NCBI GenBank assembly: GCA_964444385.1
Contig: CAYUHD010000004.1
Location: 1 to 51,467 of the forward strand
Reading direction: 5' to 3'
From: an uncultured Gammaproteobacteria bacterium
Lineage (GTDB): Bacteria > Pseudomonadota > Gammaproteobacteria > Magnimaribacterales > D2472
Length of the DNA: 51,467 nucleotides
Both the position numbers and the translations under genes were made by a program. The notes below the pieces were generated by a model. It saw nothing but the letters and a program-made list of their open reading frames with translations. It had not been told where the DNA came from and ran no database searches. Positions 49,557 to 51,467 of this stretch are shown here, one piece after another. Every line of letters starts with the position of its first letter. The stretch's first letter is position 1.

Positions 49557-50855
49557 TTATTCAGCCTGTGCAAATGCTTGCTCAATATCCGCAATAATAT
49601 CATCAATGTGCTCAAGTCCAATTGACAATCTGACATACCCAGGACTTACCCCAGCTGATGTTAACTCATCTTCATTGAGCTGAGAGTGAGTAGTGCTTGC
49701 AGGATGAATCGCTAGACTCCTTGCATCACCAATATTAGCTACGTGATAGAGCATCTCTAGTGAATTGATAAACTTTTTGCCTGCCTCAAGACCTCCTTTA
49801 ATCTCAAAACCTAAAAGTCCTCCACAGCCATTTGATAGATATTTGCCTGCTCTTTCTTTAGCTAAACCAGAGGATATACCAGGGTAAGCAACTCTTTCAA
49901 CCATGGGATGCTTATTGAGATATTCTGCAACCTTTTGCCCATTTGAAGAATGCTCTTTCATTCTCAAATGCAATGTTTCCAGGCCCTGAATAAACAAGAA
50001 AGCATTAAAGGGACTCATCGCAGCCCCCATATCTCTTAAAAGAGTTGTTCTTGCTTTTAAGATATATGCTATTGGTCCCAATGCTTTAACTGCTTCAGTC
50101 CAGACAACTCCATCATAATTAGGATCAGGATTATTTAGCTTTGGCTGTCTTTCAGGATGTCCTTCCCAATCAAAATTACCACCATCAACAATGACTCCAC
50201 CAATAGAGGTGCCATGACCGCCAATATATTTTGTTGCAGAATGAACAATGATTGCTACTCCATGATCAAAAGGCCGGCAAATCAAAGGTGCTGCAGGATT
50301 ATCTACAATTAATGGAATGCCAAGGAGTCTTCCAATATCTGCTACCTCTTGCAATGGAAAAACTTCAAAGCTTGGATTAGGAAGAACTTCGCCATAATAA
50401 GCTCTAGTTCTTTCATCTGTGGCATCGGCAAAATTTTGGGGATCACCAGGATCAACAAATCTAACCTCTATTCCCATATCAGAAAATGGATTTTTAAATT
50501 GATTGTAAGTCCCTCCATAAAGATGTGAGGAAGCAACAAAATTATCGCCGTGACTGCATAAATTTTGAATTGCGTAGGCTGATGCTCCTTGCCCTGAAGC
50601 AAGTCCCAAAGCAGCAAACCCTCCTTCTAATGCCGCAATTCTGTCTTCAAACACTGCATTTGTAGGATTCATAATTCTCGAATAGATATTACCTAACTCG
50701 CCTAATGCAAATAAATTTGCTGCATGATCAGTGCTATCAAATTGATAGCTAGATGTCATATGTATTGGAACAGCTACTGAATTAGTTATTTCATCTTTTC
50801 TCCAACCAGTATGCAGTGCAATGGTTGCAGGATTTGTATATTTTTTCTCGCTCAT
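49557..50855 (-). CDS. metY: O-acetylhomoserine aminocarboxypropyltransferase (sulfhydrylase)
   Basis: GNIYSRIMNPT, LYGGT, PLP lysine motif HSATKYIGGHG, ANIGDA, HPASTTHSQL, RLSIGLE. Confidence 0.93.
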   Translation of the reverse strand: MSEKKYTNPATIALHTGWRKDEITNSVAVPIHMTSSYQFDSTDHAANLFALGELGNIYSRIMNPTNAVFEDRIAALEGGFAALGLASGQGASAYAIQNLCSHGDNFVASSHLYGGTYNQFKNPFSDMGIEVRFVDPGDPQNFADATDERTRAYYGEVLPNPSFEVFPLQEVADIGRLLGIPLIVDNPAAPLICRPFDHGVAIIVHSATKYIGGHGTSIGGVIVDGGNFDWEGHPERQPKLNNPDPNYDGVVWTEAVKALGPIAYILKARTTLLRDMGAAMSPFNAFLFIQGLETLHLRMKEHSSNGQKVAEYLNKHPMVERVAYPGISSGLAKERAGKYLSNGCGGLLGFEIKGGLEAGKKFINSLEMLYHVANIGDARSLAIHPASTTHSQLNEDELTSAGVSPGYVRLSIGLEHIDDIIADIEQAFAQAE

Positions 50856-50859
50856 TCTA

Positions 50860-50908
50860 TTTCTCCGCTAAAGCTATATAGCACTTGTAAGCCACTTAAA
50901 TATGCGCT
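50860..50908 (-). promoter_or_regulatory. Candidate SAM-II/SAM-V-like pseudoknot riboswitch in the metY leader
   Basis: Leader AGCGC-AUAUUUAAGUGGCUUACAA-GUGCU-AUAU-AGCUUUAG-CGGAG starts 6 nt after a TATAAT and ends at the RBS. P1 stem plus loop/3'-tail pairing; the 3' strand deviates from consensus. Confidence 0.45.
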
Positions 50909-50913
50909 GAGTC

Positions 50914-50919
50914 ATTATA
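50914..50919 (-). promoter_or_regulatory. Sigma-70 -10 element for metY
   Basis: Perfect TATAAT on the minus strand about 60 nt upstream of the metY ATG. Confidence 0.55.
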
Positions 50920-50965
50920 TAAATCTTTTTGAATTAATCCTATACAAAAGGTTGGAAGGTTTAGA

Positions 50966-51467
50966 TTACTTAGGATGAGCTGAGTCTTTCTCTAGCATCG
51001 AAACAGCTTCTTCAATCGAATAAGTATTAGTTTCATTTTCATGCAAATTTCGAATAGATACCGTGTTTGCTAACATTTCATCCTTGCCAATAACTGCCAT
51101 TAAAGGAACTTTAGCATTACTATGCTCTCTTATCTTATAGCCTATTTTTTCATTTCTTAGATCTAGCTCAACACGCAAATTAATCTTATCAAATTTTTCT
51201 TTCAGGCTTAAAGCGTATTCCTTGACCTCTTCAGTCACTGTTAAAATAGATAACTGCGTAGGTGCTAACCACAATGGTAATTTACCTGAATAGTTTTCAA
51301 TTAGAATTCCAATAAACCTTTCAAAAGAACCAAGAATTGCTCGATGCATCATTACCGGTATGTGCTTTGAACCATCTTCACCTATATATTCTGCTTCTAG
51401 CCTTTCAGGTAAATTGAAGTCTGCTTGAAAAGTTCCACATTGCCATTCTCTTCCAATTGCATCTGTT
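50966..51467 (-). CDS. thrS: Threonine--tRNA ligase, C-terminal part (5' truncated by window edge)
   Basis: Frame open to the window end: DAIGREWQCGTFQADFNLPERL...MHRAILGSFERFIGILIE...PLWLAP, EKIGYKIREH. Confidence 0.96.
   Translation of the reverse strand, partial: TDAIGREWQCGTFQADFNLPERLEAEYIGEDGSKHIPVMMHRAILGSFERFIGILIENYSGKLPLWLAPTQLSILTVTEEVKEYALSLKEKFDKINLRVELDLRNEKIGYKIREHSNAKVPLMAVIGKDEMLANTVSIRNLHENETNTYSIEEAVSMLEKDSAHPK

Noticed and set aside
49557-50855. Odd substitutions in conserved motifs (MetY VDNPAAP for VDNT; similarly MnmC GYQEEIFE and ASGIP)
   Set aside because: They could be sequencing or consensus errors or tolerated variants; this cannot be judged without reads or orthologues.

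Overview
This is an AT-rich, very tightly packed chromosomal segment with short or overlapping intergenic regions. It probably comes from a streamlined marine gammaproteobacterium. Gene content and order (smc-zipA-ligA, ccmABCDEFGHI, mnmC, TonB receptor, several acyl-CoA dehydrogenases) fit the SAR86 clade, but that assignment is an inference. The window holds about 48 protein genes and two tRNAs, Val(GAC) and Leu(TAG). I found no integrase, transposase, prophage or CRISPR array. Most genes are housekeeping or serve lipid/alcohol catabolism. The most striking observation is an intact 732-aa SMC in the normal smc-zipA-ligA position that keeps both ATPase head halves but appears to lack the hinge dimerisation domain and about half of each coiled-coil arm. 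Other items worth follow-up: a BacNav-like channel with a CatSper/CavAb-like TYDDW filter; a ~43-aa insertion inside the LigA zinc finger; an hsp20 leader with three bulged-G hairpins (ROSE-like thermometer); a SAM-II/SAM-V-like but atypical pseudoknot in the metY leader; a catalytically degenerate GT2-like protein; and three small membrane paralogues, two of which share a C-terminal motif. All family assignments come from motif recognition by eye, not from database searches.
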